From positions 258,582 to 322,581 of the forward strand of contig OZ245015.1 of assembly GCA_965223705.1 (NCBI GenBank): DNA of 64,000 bases, in the 5' to 3' direction. The translations under genes and the position numbers were made by a program. The notes beneath the pieces were generated by a model. It was not told the origin of the DNA. It ran no database searches and was given only the letters and a program-made list of their open reading frames with translations. Source of the stretch: Myxococcota bacterium. GTDB taxonomy: Bacteria; Myxococcota_A; UBA9160; UBA6930. Shown one piece after another: positions 31,037 through 42,612 of the stretch; position 1 is the stretch's first letter, and each line of letters opens with the position of its first letter.

Positions 31037-32851
31037 GTGGCTCGAATCCCCGAAGCGACACTGGAAGCAATCCGAGAGGCGACCGACCTGGTCGAGCTCA
31101 TCGGGCGCTATGTATCGCTTCGGAAAGCGGGTCGCTCCCACAAAGGCCTGTGCCCCTTCCATTCGGAGAAGACGCCGTCTTTCTCGGTGAACGGCGATGC
31201 GGGCTACTTCTACTGTTTTGGCTGCGGGGCAAAAGGCAACGCATTCAATTTTCTGATCCAGCACGACAATCTGACTTTCCCTGAGGCGGCAAGGGCGCTT
31301 GCCGCGCAAGCGGGGATCGAGATTCCCGAAACCGTGGAAGATCGCGCGAGCGGCGCGACGGAGCGCCTCGAAGCGGCAAACCGCATCGCCCAGGAATATT
31401 TCGTCGCCGCGCTCCGATCCGAAGCCGGCGCGGGCGCTCGTGCGTATCTTGCAAAACGCGGTTTCGACGAGGACGCGTGCGGTCAGTTTGAGCTCGGCTT
31501 CGCGCCCGATCGGTGGGACGGGCTGACGAACGAATTACGCCGTCGAGACATCGCCGCTTCCGACGGCGAACGCGCCGGTCTGCTGAAGGAACGGCGGGGA
31601 GGCGGCCACTACGACTTGATGCGCGGGCGAATCACGTTTCCCATCCGCGACGCGCGAGGCCGCGTCGTCGCGTTCGGCGGTCGTGCGCTCGGCGCGGATC
31701 AAGAACCGAAGTACCTGAACTCGCCGGAAACGCCGCTCTTCCGCAAGCGCGAAGCGTTTTACGGCTTCCCTTCGGCGCTCGAAGCCATTCGTAAAGACGG
31801 TCGCGCCGTGGTGGTCGAGGGTTACTTCGATCGCCTCGCCCTGGCGCGTGCAGGCGTGGCATCGGGTCTCGCGACGTGCGGTACCGCGCTCTCGGAAGGG
31901 CACGCGCGCAACCTCCGCCGCCGCACGCGCGAAGTCACGCTGCTGTTCGACGGAGACAGCGCGGGGCAGCGCGCGGCACTCCGCAGCATGGAAGTCCTGG
32001 TGCCCGCAGGTCTTCGCGTGCGAGCCGCCGCGTTGCCCGAAGGTTGCGATCCCGACGACTATCTTGCCGCCAACGGACCGGAAGCCCTCGCGAAGCTCGT
32101 CAACGAGGCGCCGCCGGCCATGGATCTCGCGATCGACCGCGCGGTCGCAAACGGTTGCGTGACACCGTGGCAGCAGGCGGACGCGGTGGCGAGCGTGGCT
32201 CCGCTGCTGGCTTTGGTCCGCGATCCGGTCGAACGCGGCGCTTACGTTCGGAAGCTCGCACTGGCGACGGGCGGCGACAGCCGCGACGTCGAACACGCCG
32301 TTCGAGCGGCGGCGCGGGGCGAGGCTCCCGAACAGGCGATCGCACCGCAGCTTCCTCGAATGACCGAACCGCGCGAGCGTTGTCTCGCAGAGGCGGTGCG
32401 GATCGCATTGCGGTTCCCGGAGCACGCCGAGAAGTTGCGCACCCTGTTTGCGGACTGCACGCCCGAAGCGCCTTGGCCGAGCTTGCTCGACGCCGCTCTC
32501 GATGCGGGGGCGGCAGGGGATCCGCTCGCCGCCATCGACGCGGTCCCCGAGGCCTTGCAGGGGTTGATGGCACACCTGGCGGAGCAATCGAAAGCGCTGC
32601 CTGCCGATCGGGCGGATCGCATGGTCGCAGACGCGTGCATTTGGCTTCGTCGCGATTTTGCGAAGCGCGAAGCCCGAGCGACCACCACATCCATGCGCCG
32701 CGGAGACCACGATCCCGCGGCGTTTTTGCGCGAGAAGCAAAAGCAGCTCGAAGCCCGGCGCGCCCTGACCGGTGTTCCGGATCTTCCACGACCCGAAGCG
32801 GCTCGGGCGGGGTTATCCCCGACCGAGTCACACGCGAATGCTTACGACTGA
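31037..32851 (+). CDS. dnaG: DNA primase
   Basis: Zinc-ribbon [14 protein letters not shown]...YCFGCG and a TOPRIM region (VVVEGYFD ... [12 protein letters not shown]). Confidence 0.95.
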   Translation: MARIPEATLEAIREATDLVELIGRYVSLRKAGRSHKGLCPFHSEKTPSFSVNGDAGYFYCFGCGAKGNAFNFLIQHDNLTFPEAARALAAQAGIEIPETVEDRASGATERLEAANRIAQEYFVAALRSEAGAGARAYLAKRGFDEDACGQFELGFAPDRWDGLTNELRRRDIAASDGERAGLLKERRGGGHYDLMRGRITFPIRDARGRVVAFGGRALGADQEPKYLNSPETPLFRKREAFYGFPSALEAIRKDGRAVVVEGYFDRLALARAGVASGLATCGTALSEGHARNLRRRTREVTLLFDGDSAGQRAALRSMEVLVPAGLRVRAAALPEGCDPDDYLAANGPEALAKLVNEAPPAMDLAIDRAVANGCVTPWQQADAVASVAPLLALVRDPVERGAYVRKLALATGGDSRDVEHAVRAAARGEAPEQAIAPQLPRMTEPRERCLAEAVRIALRFPEHAEKLRTLFADCTPEAPWPSLLDAALDAGAAGDPLAAIDAVPEALQGLMAHLAEQSKALPADRADRMVADACIWLRRDFAKREARATTTSMRRGDHDPAAFLREKQKQLEARRALTGVPDLPRPEAARAGLSPTESHANAYD

Positions 32852-32870
32852 GGAACGAGGAGACCCCCAC

Positions 32871-34652
<1,782 letters not shown>

Positions 34653-34698
34653 GGGTCCCGGCCGCGGCTGAGCCGCGTCCACCCCGCTTCGCTCGCGT

Positions 34699-34723
34699 CC
34701 TTCGCAGGGGAACCCTGCGAAGG
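34699..34723. terminator. Perfect 11-bp inverted repeat between convergent rpoD and purH-like genes (candidate bidirectional terminator)
   Basis: ccttcgcaggg-gaa-ccctgcgaagg. Additional small hairpins follow (cgtgc-ttc-gcacg; gggcc-ac-ggccc). No clear U-tract. Confidence 0.45.
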
Positions 34724-34825
34724 CGCTCGCTGCGCGCTCTCTCGTGCTTCGCACGAGCTCGCTTGCGGGCGTCGTTGCGAAATGAGCTGGGCCACGGCCC
34801 GGCCTCGATCTACCGTGCAGCGGAC

Positions 34826-35983
34826 CTAGTGGTGGAAGAGGCGCAACTTCGTGTGCACCATCGCGATGCCGTACTCGCGGCACGCTCCTTCGATCTCGCC
34901 GTCGCGCGTCGATCCGCCGGGCTGTGCGATGAAGCGGACGCCGTGTTTCTGCGCGTGATCGATGTTGTCCCGGAAGGGGATGAAGCCATCGGAAATGAGG
35001 CTCACGCCGTCGAGCTTTTTCTGCCATTCGGAGCGCTCTCCGTCGGTGAGCGGCACGACTCGACCTTCGACGACGTCGGCCAGCGCCGCTTCTTCGAAGC
35101 GCGTGAGATCGCCTTCGATGAAGCGGACGCGCCAGTTGATGCGATCCTGTTTCTTGACGCCCTTCTTGAAGGCCAAGCCCAAGACTTTGGGGTGACGGCC
35201 CATGTGCCAGGTATCGGCTTTCGCACCAGCGAGCTTCGTGCAGTCGACGCGGGATTGTTGTCCCGCACCGATACCGATCATCTGGCCGTCGAGGGCGTAG
35301 CCCACGGAATTCGATTGCGTGTACTTGAGGGCCACCATGCCGAGCAGGAGGTCGCGCTTTGCAGCGTCCGTGAGTTCGCCGCAGACCACGCTTTCGAGAT
35401 CGCGGGCAGCGATCGCATAGGCGTTGCGGTCTTGCGTGAATGTCATGCCGAAGATCTCGCGTCGCTCCCGGGCCGGCGCCACGAAGTCGGGATCTGCGCG
35501 CAGCACGACAAAGCCGCCGCCCTTCTTGGCCTTGAGAATCTCAAGCGCCGCGGGCTCATAGGACGGTGCGATGATGCCGTCGGAGATCACGCCTTTTAGA
35601 AACAGCGCGGTCGCTTCGTCGATGGTTTCGGAAATCGCCGCGAAATCACCGAAGGAGCACTTCGGATCGGCGCCTCGCGCGCGGACGTAGGCGAGCGCCG
35701 CCGGGGTCAACTCCTTGCCCTGCACCTCGTAGGCGTGCGCCAGATCTTCGGGAAGCGCCGCCGCTACAGCGGCTCCGGCGGGTGAGACGTGCTTGAACGA
35801 AGCCGCCGAAGCGAGCCCGGTCGCCTCGCGTGCTTCTCGCACCAATTGCCACGCGTTCACCGCGTCGAGAAAGTTGATGTACGAAGGATTGCCGTTCAGC
35901 ACTTCCACCGGTGCCGTCGCCGGATCGATCGGCTCGAGCGACGCAAAGCTCTGATGGGGGTTGCATCCATACTTCAGTTGCAT
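34826..35983 (-). CDS. AICAR transformylase-domain protein (PurH homologue lacking the IMP cyclohydrolase/MGS domain)
   Basis: It starts directly at MQLKYGCNPHQ, the motif of the AICARFT half of PurH. 385 aa versus ~520 for the bifunctional enzyme. Confidence 0.8.
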   Translation of the reverse strand: MQLKYGCNPHQSFASLEPIDPATAPVEVLNGNPSYINFLDAVNAWQLVREAREATGLASAASFKHVSPAGAAVAAALPEDLAHAYEVQGKELTPAALAYVRARGADPKCSFGDFAAISETIDEATALFLKGVISDGIIAPSYEPAALEILKAKKGGGFVVLRADPDFVAPARERREIFGMTFTQDRNAYAIAARDLESVVCGELTDAAKRDLLLGMVALKYTQSNSVGYALDGQMIGIGAGQQSRVDCTKLAGAKADTWHMGRHPKVLGLAFKKGVKKQDRINWRVRFIEGDLTRFEEAALADVVEGRVVPLTDGERSEWQKKLDGVSLISDGFIPFRDNIDHAQKHGVRFIAQPGGSTRDGEIEGACREYGIAMVHTKLRLFHH

Positions 35984-35992
35984 GTCGGTGAC

Positions 35993-37429
35993 CTACGTTT
36001 TCGGAGTGGAGCGCGCGATCCAGGCGGAGTAATCCGCATCGTAGCCCACCGCCCGTTGACGCTCGGTGACGCGTTCGAACAACGCTTCGGACGCAGCTTT
36101 CGACGGAGGGGCGGCGCGGTCGAGTTGAGCCATGACTTGCGCGGCAGTGTCCGACGCGAGTTGAACTTCTCCGCCCGGAATTGGACTTGGAGGAACGCCT
36201 TCGCGAAGCCCGAGGTAGCGCTCCAGAGCCTCTTCGCTCACCAGTCGCGCGTGCTTCCTCGAAGCCACGATGTTGCCCTGGCCCGTCACGGTATTGCCGA
36301 CGGAGAAAATCCGCGGGTGTTGCGCGAAGCGCCCGTGGTCGCGGACGGAAAACGCGAAGAGTTCGCCCGCCATTGGCAACCCGGCGATCGGTTCCGGAAT
36401 GCTGCCGATCGAACTCACGACGTAGGGACCGCGGCGTTCGAACGTTTCTTCCGTGAGGACCGTCGTCTCGCCTTCGGCCCGGGTGCGGCGCAGGCGCAGG
36501 CCGGCGACGCGGCCGTGCTCGATCAGCAGGCCATCGGGAACGGCGAAGGGTTCGAAACGGAAGCGGTATTTGTCCATCGCCTTCTCGAGAGCGCGCACGC
36601 GGGACTGCTTCACTTTCGCGATGCGGTCGGCATCGGCACCCGGCGGAATCGAAACCAGCGACGTGTCTTCGGCGCCGCGGCGGAAGAAGAGGGTGCAGCC
36701 TTCGAGCCCCAGTTCTTCGAAGGACAGGCTGTGCGCTTCGAGACTGCGCGGTATGCCCTTGGTTTCGAGCTCGATCAGGGGGATATCGATCCCGCGATCG
36801 GCGAGCGCACGGCGCGTGGTTTCCAGCATGAGCACCTTCACCACGTCGATCGAGGCCAGGCCGCCGCCGACGACGAGGACGCCGTCTTTCATGGGGTACT
36901 GAAGCGGCCCGCAGGCTTCCTCGGCGTGGTTGAAGGCGATGATGAACGGGTTTTGATAGACGAGTCCCCGTCCAATCCACGCGTCCGCACCCGGGACCGG
37001 GAAGCGGCGGTCGCGCCACGCTCCGGATGCCAGCACCATGGCGGAGAATCCCCACCCGTGGATCAGCTCTTCCACGGAAACGTCGTGTCCGAGCGCGGTG
37101 CAGGGCACGAAGTGAACGTTCTCGTGACTGAGCTTCGCGTCGATCGAGGCGTATTCTTTTTCGCGCAAGGCGACGTGCCAGCGCGGCAGGCCGTCTTCGA
37201 TCTTTCCGTAGGGGCGCGGGTTGCGTTCAAAGACGACGACGGTGACGCCGCTTTCCGCGAGGCGCCCCGCGACTTCGGCGCCGGCGGTCGCGCCACCGAC
37301 GACGGCGACCGCGTGACGCGTTTGCGCCGACGAACTCTCTCGGGGGGTGCTGGCCACGCGCCGAGCATAGACGGAAAGCCGGCGACTTCCCAACGGGTTT
37401 CGCGCCCTTAGGCCCTCGCACGTCGCCAT
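35993..37429 (-). CDS. FAD/NAD(P)-binding oxidoreductase (glutamate-synthase-small-subunit / FprA-like)
   Basis: Two dinucleotide-binding motifs (VAVVGGATAGAEVAGRLA and VLVVGGGLASIDV). The start is uncertain: ATG 37429 chosen, track start 37510. Confidence 0.7.
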   Translation of the reverse strand: MATCEGLRARNPLGSRRLSVYARRVASTPRESSSAQTRHAVAVVGGATAGAEVAGRLAESGVTVVVFERNPRPYGKIEDGLPRWHVALREKEYASIDAKLSHENVHFVPCTALGHDVSVEELIHGWGFSAMVLASGAWRDRRFPVPGADAWIGRGLVYQNPFIIAFNHAEEACGPLQYPMKDGVLVVGGGLASIDVVKVLMLETTRRALADRGIDIPLIELETKGIPRSLEAHSLSFEELGLEGCTLFFRRGAEDTSLVSIPPGADADRIAKVKQSRVRALEKAMDKYRFRFEPFAVPDGLLIEHGRVAGLRLRRTRAEGETTVLTEETFERRGPYVVSSIGSIPEPIAGLPMAGELFAFSVRDHGRFAQHPRIFSVGNTVTGQGNIVASRKHARLVSEEALERYLGLREGVPPSPIPGGEVQLASDTAAQVMAQLDRAAPPSKAASEALFERVTERQRAVGYDADYSAWIARSTPKT

Positions 37430-37467
37430 TCGCGTGCCTTCCAGCGGTCCATTACCCTGACCCGCCC

Positions 37468-38577
37468 TTGGCGTATCGCATCCCCACGCGCGTTGTCCCC
37501 AGTGCCGCACTTTCGCGCCAGAAGCCGGAAGCCGTCCGGCGCATGTTCGACAAGCTTCTCGCGGAAGGCGTGCCCATGCGCGTCGCTGGGCGTTCCGGGT
37601 CTCGGCCGAAGCGTCTGCTCACCATGGGCTATGGACCCCGCGCGACGTTCGAGTTGTTCGACACCCAGTTCTTCTTGTCGGCTCCGTTCCAGAACGATGA
37701 CATCCGGTTCTTCGTCGCCTACCTCATGCAGCCCCATCCGAAGACCGAGCGCCGTGAGATCTACGGCCGCCTCTTCTACAAAGATGTTTCTTTGGTTTGG
37801 CGGTCGGCTTCACATTTCGTGCGGTCCGATCGAGAGAATTGGATCGGCAAAGGCGACGTCGTGACCGTCCGGCGCGATGGGTTCGAGATCGAGGAGTCCG
37901 CCGAAGAAACGACGGATCTACCGTTCGAGATTCAAAGCGCGCTCGAGTCGGCGTTGCGTCGCAGCGAGAAGATCGCCCGGGATGAACGCGCCGTGGCATT
38001 GATCCTCCGTCAGGGGCCCGACCATCGCATCCGCGCGTACGATGATTTCTTGGGGCCTCGCCGGCGCGCCGCGTCGAATCCCCGCAACCGCGTGAACGGT
38101 GGCCGACCGATCGCCCGGTTTCGTCGCGCGAGGGACCCGAGCTCGCTCGTCTTTGCGCCGGGGTTTGAGCCGAACCTTCGGGGGGGAGTCTTGGAAGTCG
38201 CGCGGATGCGCTCCCGCCTGTACGGCGGCATGGTTCGGCGCTACCGGGTCGTGTCGTCCAACGAGAAAGTGCAGTTCCTGTTTTTCTCCGCGCCGCGCCA
38301 CGTCTGGCTGGGGCATCCGCAGGCGACGACGACGGAGCTCATGAGCTACGGCGTCCGCACCATCGACGTTCACGCCGACGAGAGGCTCTCGATTCCGGGC
38401 TACGAATATCACTTCCTCGACGACGCCGAGGACCCGCCCGAGTTCGTCAGCCAGATCCCCGAGGGATTTGCAGGGTCGCCGAGCCCGGTCGATCCTTCCC
38501 GTGCCGACGCATCGCCCTGGAACGACCGTATGCCCATCGTTCGGGCGTTTCGCCGGGACGTGCTACGCCAGTCGTGA
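37468..38577 (+). CDS. Hypothetical protein, no recognised family (start uncertain; alternative ATG at 37543)
   Basis: 369-aa ORF with protein-like, non-repetitive composition. All overlapping opposite-strand ORFs are Arg/Pro-rich shadow ORFs. Confidence 0.6.
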   Translation: MAYRIPTRVVPSAALSRQKPEAVRRMFDKLLAEGVPMRVAGRSGSRPKRLLTMGYGPRATFELFDTQFFLSAPFQNDDIRFFVAYLMQPHPKTERREIYGRLFYKDVSLVWRSASHFVRSDRENWIGKGDVVTVRRDGFEIEESAEETTDLPFEIQSALESALRRSEKIARDERAVALILRQGPDHRIRAYDDFLGPRRRAASNPRNRVNGGRPIARFRRARDPSSLVFAPGFEPNLRGGVLEVARMRSRLYGGMVRRYRVVSSNEKVQFLFFSAPRHVWLGHPQATTTELMSYGVRTIDVHADERLSIPGYEYHFLDDAEDPPEFVSQIPEGFAGSPSPVDPSRADASPWNDRMPIVRAFRRDVLRQS

Positions 38578-38604
38578 TACAACGAAATCCGGAGGTGCCG
38601 ATCC

Positions 38605-39006
38605 ATGAGCGCGGAAGCTGTCGTAAAAGAATGGTTCGACCGCATTTCGAAAGGCGACGGTCCTGGAGCGATGGAGCTCTTCGACCCCGACGTCGAATAC
38701 ACGCTGCGCGGAACGACCCCCGTGTCGGGCACGTACCGCGGTCTGGCTTCCGTGGTCGATGACTTCCTGGTCCCCTGGCGGAAGCAGATCGATGGCGAAC
38801 TCGTGATCGACGTGGACGAAATCATCAGCCAGGGCGACCGCGTTGTGGTGCTCTCGCGCGGCCGGGCGAAAACGATCTTCGGCCACGATTACATCAACGA
38901 TTACTGCTTCGTGTTCCGCGTGAAAGACGACCGCATCACCCACGTCGACGAGTATCTCGACACGGCGCTCGTCGAAACCGCTGCCTACGACAAGAAGCTC
39001 TCCTAG
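38605..39006 (+). CDS. NTF2-like (SnoaL/ketosteroid-isomerase-like) protein
   Basis: 133 aa. VKEWFDRISKGDGPGAMELFDPDVEY ... and a C-terminal F.VKDDRITHVDEYLD pattern typical of SnoaL_2-type proteins. Confidence 0.7.
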   Translation: MSAEAVVKEWFDRISKGDGPGAMELFDPDVEYTLRGTTPVSGTYRGLASVVDDFLVPWRKQIDGELVIDVDEIISQGDRVVVLSRGRAKTIFGHDYINDYCFVFRVKDDRITHVDEYLDTALVETAAYDKKLS

Positions 39007-39014
39007 AGGAACCC

Positions 39015-40103
39015 ATGAACGTTCACTACCTGACTTTCTTCAACAATTTCCGCGATCACATGAAGGACGATGAGTTCTACAAGAATGAGATCGCTGTCAG
39101 CAAACTCGCAGAGCCCCTGGGCTTCGACACGCTGTTCTGCGTCGAGCACCACTTCAACGGCTATTCCATGGCACCCGACAACTTTCAGTATCTGGGTTAC
39201 ATGGCGGGCCAGACGTCGCGCATCAAGCTCGGCACCATGGGGGTCATCCTGCCCTGGAACGATCCGCTTCGCGTCGCCGAGCGCGCCATCGTGCTCGATC
39301 ACTTGTCGGAAGGCCGCGCGGTCCTCGGCATGGCGCGCGGTTTGGCCAAGCGGGAATACAACGCTTTCCAGGTGGAGCTCGAGGAATCACGCGATCGTTT
39401 CGACGAGTCGGCGCGGATGATTTCCAACGCGCTCGAGACCGGTGTCATCGAAGGCTCCGGCCCCTACTACCGCCAGCCGGCGACTCCGCTTCGCCCCGGC
39501 CCGCGCGAGAGCTTCGCGGGGCGGAAGTACATGGTGGCCATGTCGCCCGATACGGTGCCCATTTGTGCCGAGGTCGGTGCCGTCCAGGCCATGTTCGCCT
39601 ACAAGCCCTGGGAAGAAACGCTCCCGGATATCGAGAACTACCGCTCGCTCTTCAGGCAACATCACGACGCGCCGCCTCCGCCCACGATGACCGCCGATCT
39701 CATTTACTGTGCCGAGAGTGACGATCAGGCGGAAGAGGGCGCGCAAAACTACGTCGCGAAGTATTTCGAGAGCTTCGCCGAACACTACGAGATCTTCGGC
39801 GAGCACCTGACCAACTCGAAGAGTTATTCCCACTACAGCGGTGCGGGCGAAGCTCTCAAAGAGTTCGGCTACGACGAGATGGTCAAGGCCTTCGTCGCTG
39901 CGAACGTCTGGGGAACGCCGCAACAAATTCTCGAGAAGTACGAAGCGCGCAAGGCGATCATCGGCGACCTGCAGGCCTGCGCCGTCCTCAACTTTTCAGG
40001 AATGAGCTTCGACACCGCGCGCGACAGCATGACGCTCTTTGCGAAAGAGGTCGCGCCGGAGCTCCGGAGCTGGGAGTCGGGTCAGGCCGAAAGGGCGGCG
40101 TAG
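39015..40103 (+). CDS. LLM-class (bacterial luciferase-like) flavin-dependent oxidoreductase
   Basis: LGFDTLFCVEHHFNGYSM ... LGTMGVILPWNDPLRVAERAIVLDHLSEGR is a typical luciferase-like monooxygenase N-terminal half. Confidence 0.8.
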   Translation: MNVHYLTFFNNFRDHMKDDEFYKNEIAVSKLAEPLGFDTLFCVEHHFNGYSMAPDNFQYLGYMAGQTSRIKLGTMGVILPWNDPLRVAERAIVLDHLSEGRAVLGMARGLAKREYNAFQVELEESRDRFDESARMISNALETGVIEGSGPYYRQPATPLRPGPRESFAGRKYMVAMSPDTVPICAEVGAVQAMFAYKPWEETLPDIENYRSLFRQHHDAPPPPTMTADLIYCAESDDQAEEGAQNYVAKYFESFAEHYEIFGEHLTNSKSYSHYSGAGEALKEFGYDEMVKAFVAANVWGTPQQILEKYEARKAIIGDLQACAVLNFSGMSFDTARDSMTLFAKEVAPELRSWESGQAERAA

Positions 40104-40456
40104 AGAAGAACGCCGCCGAGCGCGATCGCGATGAGCATCCAGCCGTGAAGTGCGGCGGCCGGGAGATCCATCCACCAGGCGAGGAGCCGCTCCATCCGCC
40201 GCTGGCCGATCGCCGCGCCGACGAGTCCGGCAAAGATCGTCACGATCCCGAGCACCAGCACAAACCCGGGCCAGCGCGTCGCTTCGGAAGCCCAGATGAG
40301 AGCGCCGCCCATCGCGAGCCTGAAGGCGAGTGCCGCGTAGAACCAGCGCGTCATCACCGCGTGCTCGGCGACGGCGAGTAGGCTCTTGCGATCGAAGAAG
40401 CCGAAGATTCCCGCGAAGACGAGCAGCAGACCGATGAGCGCGACGACGCCCCTCAC
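40082..40456 (-). CDS. Small integral membrane protein (about 4 TM segments)
   Basis: 124 aa, almost entirely hydrophobic helices. It overlaps the LLM gene 3' end by 22 nt in convergent orientation. Confidence 0.55.
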   Translation of the reverse strand: MRGVVALIGLLLVFAGIFGFFDRKSLLAVAEHAVMTRWFYAALAFRLAMGGALIWASEATRWPGFVLVLGIVTIFAGLVGAAIGQRRMERLLAWWMDLPAAALHGWMLIAIALGGVLLYAALSA

Positions 40457-40486
40457 TGGACCATCGCGATGAGCATGGCGTTCATC

Positions 40487-41212
40487 CTACATCAAATTTC
40501 TCCACAGGATCGACAAGCCCGAGGCGAGAAGCGCCACGTAGACAAAGCCCACAAAACGGCGCGCGTCGATCACGTGGAGAGCGCGTTTGCCCAGAACGTT
40601 GCCGACCAGCGCGCCGCAACCGACGACGGCGCCGGTGATCCACACCTCGGGCGACAGCAGCCCGAACCCGAGGAACGCCACGAGCTTCGCGACTTGCATG
40701 AAGAGGGTGCTCGCGGCCTTGGTTCCGATCATCGCTTGCGTAACGATGCCCGAACTCACGTAGAGGGGATTCATCAGCGGGCCGGAAGCACCGACCACGG
40801 TCGAGAGCGTCGCCGTCACGAAAGACGCGGCGCCGAACACGAGGGGTCGCGGCTCGGCGAATCGCAGGGAGCCGCCGGAGAAATGGTGAATCGACAACAC
40901 GACGAGGAAGCCGCCGACGAGAATCCCCAAGGCCCGCGCGTCGATTCCGTGCAACAGCGACGCACCGAGGGCCGCTCCCAGAATGAGTCCGGGAACGTTC
41001 GCGAACCAAATGCGTCGGTGGATCGCTTCGCGATACAGCGCCGTGCGCTGAACGCTCGAAATCACCGACGCGATAGCGATGACCACCGGCAGTTCTTTGG
41101 GTTCGAGAAAGGGTCGGGCCGCGGGGAGAAACAGGATGGCTCCTCCGCCGGCGGCGATCGAACTCAGAAACCAACACGCGATTCCCAAGGCGAGGAGGAT
41201 CGCGAGCGCCAA
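40487..41212 (-). CDS. TauE/SafE (TSUP) family anion exporter-like membrane protein
   Basis: Polytopic, with GGGAILFLP- and GASGPLMNP-type glycine motifs in two halves. A TTG start at 41212 was chosen just after the upstream stop. The track N-terminus is Arg-rich and overlaps the upstream gene. Confidence 0.7.
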   Translation of the reverse strand: MALAILLALGIACWFLSSIAAGGGAILFLPAARPFLEPKELPVVIAIASVISSVQRTALYREAIHRRIWFANVPGLILGAALGASLLHGIDARALGILVGGFLVVLSIHHFSGGSLRFAEPRPLVFGAASFVTATLSTVVGASGPLMNPLYVSSGIVTQAMIGTKAASTLFMQVAKLVAFLGFGLLSPEVWITGAVVGCGALVGNVLGKRALHVIDARRFVGFVYVALLASGLSILWRNLM

Positions 41213-41214
41213 GT

Positions 41215-42603
41215 TCAGAGGCCCCGGTGCCGCCCGCGAAGGAGGAGTTCGCCGCGTCCGGGGTCGGATACGACGTCGCGCCCGCGCGTGGCGACCTTGC
41301 CTCGAAGCAGTGTCACCGCGGGCCATCCCGTGACGCGAAAGCCGTCATAGGGCGAGAAGTCCGAACGGCTGTGCATGCTGTTGCCGTCGATCGTGCGGGT
41401 CTCGGTCGGATCCCACAGCACGAGATCGGCGTCGGAGCCGACCGCGAGGCTCCCTTTGCGCGGGTAGAGGCCGAATAGCTTCGCCGGATTCGTCGACGTC
41501 ACAGCGACGAACTGCTCCCAGCTGATGCGCCCCGTCTTCACACCGGCCGAGTGCAGCATCGGGAGACACGTCTCGAGATCGGCTACGCCCTGCCGCAGCT
41601 CCATCGCGGTCTGCTCCGGATCGAGCTTGTCCTCGAGCATCCAGGGGGCGTGGTCGGTGGCGAGCGTGTCGACGTCTCCGAAACGGAGGCCGTTCCAGAG
41701 GCGCTCGACGTCGCCGGCCTCGCGCAGCGGCGGTGCGCCCGCGTACTTTGCGCCGTCGGGTTCATCGAAGCGCTCGCGAGTCAAGTGCAGATAGAGCGGT
41801 CGCGTTTCAACGTAGACGGGGACGCCTCGAGCGCGCCCTTCGAGGCATGCACTCAGGGCGCGGGCGCTCGCGAGGTGTACCACGTAGATCGGGCAGCCTG
41901 TGGTTTCCGCGAAGCCGACCGCGCGTACCGTCGCCACCGTTTCGGCGTGGACCGGCCTCGCCTCGGGGTAATGGCTCGGCGCGGTTCGGCCCGCCTCGCG
42001 CAGGAGGTTGCAGCAGCAGGCGATGATGGCGGCGTCTTCGCAGTGGAGGAGCGCGATGCCACCCGCGCGTTCCGTCCGGCGCAGGGCCTCGACGAAGCGA
42101 TCGACGTGCCTGTCGAAGCGGTGAAAGGAGAGAAAGATCTTGATCGACGTGTGCCCCGCGCGATGGAGATCGTCGATCGCCGCGAGGTTCTCGTCGTCGG
42201 GCTCCATCAGCACCGGGTGAAGGAAGTAATCGGCCCGGGCCAAGGGGCGCGCTTCGGCGGCGTCTACCGCCACGGCGTCCGCCATTGTCGCGCCCGGATC
42301 GGGAAAGCTGATGTTGCCGACGCTGGTCACGCCGCCGGCCAATGCGGCCGCGGTGCCGGAATCGAAATCGTCCACCCAACGCCAACCGCCAGGTTCGCGC
42401 GTGGGGGGCGTCAAGTGGACGTGGGGATCGACGCCGCCCGGCGTGATGACGAGGCCCGTCGCGTCGATGGTTTCGCTCGCGCGCCGGAGGCTCGCGTCAC
42501 CGGGCTTCGCGAGAAGTGCGATGCGGCCCCCTTCGATCCCGATATCGACGGTCGCCGTTCCGCCGGCGGTCACGGCGACCCCGCCGCGGATCGCGAGATC
42601 CAT
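41215..42603 (-). CDS. Cyclic amidohydrolase (dihydropyrimidinase/hydantoinase/dihydroorotase-like)
   Basis: Metal ligands in order: GGVDPHVHL, TSIKIFL (carboxylated Lys context), LLHCED, VVHLAS, TDHAP. Confidence 0.8.
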   Translation of the reverse strand: MDLAIRGGVAVTAGGTATVDIGIEGGRIALLAKPGDASLRRASETIDATGLVITPGGVDPHVHLTPPTREPGGWRWVDDFDSGTAAALAGGVTSVGNISFPDPGATMADAVAVDAAEARPLARADYFLHPVLMEPDDENLAAIDDLHRAGHTSIKIFLSFHRFDRHVDRFVEALRRTERAGGIALLHCEDAAIIACCCNLLREAGRTAPSHYPEARPVHAETVATVRAVGFAETTGCPIYVVHLASARALSACLEGRARGVPVYVETRPLYLHLTRERFDEPDGAKYAGAPPLREAGDVERLWNGLRFGDVDTLATDHAPWMLEDKLDPEQTAMELRQGVADLETCLPMLHSAGVKTGRISWEQFVAVTSTNPAKLFGLYPRKGSLAVGSDADLVLWDPTETRTIDGNSMHSRSDFSPYDGFRVTGWPAVTLLRGKVATRGRDVVSDPGRGELLLRGRHRGL

Positions 42604-42612
42604 CGCGGCTAG

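Noticed and set aside
35646-37411. Long overlapping ORFs (35646..37055 minus strand, 35789..37411 plus strand) over the FAD-oxidoreductase gene
   Set aside because: Both are Arg-rich and motif-free. The 35993..37429 minus-strand frame carries two Rossmann GxGxxG/A motifs and a normal composition.
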